Notes under the pieces: model-generated
The model's input: the letters and a program-made list of their open reading frames with translations, nothing else
Database searches by the model: none
What the model was told of the DNA's origin: nothing
Translations under genes and position numbers: made by a program
NCBI GenBank assembly: GCA_030620575.1
Contig: JAUXEL010000001.1
Span: 1-35,672, forward strand
Source: Fidelibacterota bacterium
GTDB taxonomy: Bacteria > Fidelibacterota > Fidelibacteria > Fidelibacterales > Fidelibacteraceae
Length of the DNA stretch: 35,672 nt
Direction: 5' to 3'
Shown: piece by piece, positions 35,270-35,672 of the stretch
How the letters are laid out: every line of letters begins with the position of its first letter
Position numbering within the stretch: position 1 is the first letter of the stretch

Positions 35270-35309
35270 TCGACAACTCGACGACTCGACAGCTTGACAA
35301 TTCGACGGT
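35270..35309. repeat. Degenerate 8-nt periodic tract (TCGACAAC TCGACGAC TCGACAGC TTGACAAT TCGACGGT)
   Basis: There are five consecutive octamers with an invariant T-GAC core. Confidence 0.8.
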
Positions 35310-35637
35310 CTTTCTTTAATCTTTTGATTTTATTCTTTTATCTTGCACTCAAATCGTATCGATTTTGTTAATTCCGTCATCGTGTTGACAGTATTAACAT
35401 TTTTCTGTTGCGCTTCATGAAGGTATAATATAATTTTTATTATTATACATTATGGGCTAATCCTATAATATGGTGCGTCTCAGAGCTAATTTATTATATT
35501 TTGGCTTTCATTTTTATGATTTTGATGGTCTTATTATATTTTATTGCCCATTACTATAAAATACATATTGCACCTATAATAAAAATTGTTATATTATAGT
35601 TATATTGCATTATCGTATAATAAAAGGGGTGGATTCT

Positions 35638-35672
35638 GTGAATATAAAAGATTTTATCGCCGGAACTTATAA
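35638..35672 (+). CDS. 5' end of a gene truncated by the window edge (product unknown, with a weak resemblance to Fic-family N-termini)
   Basis: The start codon is GTG, preceded by AAAAGGGGTGG at Shine-Dalgarno spacing. Only 11 codons are visible (VNIKDFIAGTY). The Fic idea rests on memory of similar N-termini and is speculative. Confidence 0.3.
   Translation, partial: MNIKDFIAGTY

Noticed and set aside
35424-35500. Possible Xer dif site in the AT-rich palindromic DNA (GGTGCG word present)
   Set aside because: There is no 11-6-11 arrangement with recognisable XerC and XerD arms. Only a 6-nt coincidence with the E. coli XerC arm was seen.

Overview
This is a 35.7-kb AT-rich bacterial chromosomal segment, roughly 40% GC by eye. 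It is densely packed with housekeeping genes.

Coding content. I support about 30 CDSs:
- Replication, repair and translation: dnaE translationally abutted to a spore-photoproduct-lyase-family radical SAM gene, comM/yifB, and cysS.
- Envelope and sugar metabolism: manC-like, a GDPD phosphodiesterase, galE, patatin, plsY, NUDIX, ddl and gmhB.
- A tightly coupled minus-strand operon: porX-like (receiver+PglZ)-tsaE-tsaB-rimI-surE-TPR/PBP1.
- Others: an MtaA/URO-D family protein, ygiQ, and several uncharacterised lipoprotein, outer-membrane-like and polytopic membrane proteins.

The PorX-type regulator, the SbsA-type Ig lipoprotein and weak Shine-Dalgarno usage suggest an FCB-superphylum organism. 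That placement is inference only.

What I did not find. There is no rRNA, tRNA, CRISPR array, transposase, integrase or recognisable multi-gene defence system. I found no convincing novel protein-coding system.

The unusual part is non-coding. Every long intergenic gap (1-498, 14785-15141, 28863-29222, 30924-31373, 32787-32904, 34453-35637) is assembled from one shared vocabulary of short repeat modules:
- A 233-bp MITE-like element with 16-bp terminal inverted repeats and a conserved outward-facing sigma70-like promoter.
- GC-rich hairpin modules that keep their stems through compensatory changes.
- A 20-bp perfect palindrome present three times.
- A 22-nt exact direct repeat.
- Many degenerate tandem tracts of period 6-10 nt, reminiscent of cyanobacterial STRR heptamers.

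Two CRP-type TGTGA-N6-TCACA sites stand out, one perfect (upstream of comM/galE) and one near-perfect.

All alignments and counts were done by eye. Nothing was searched against databases.
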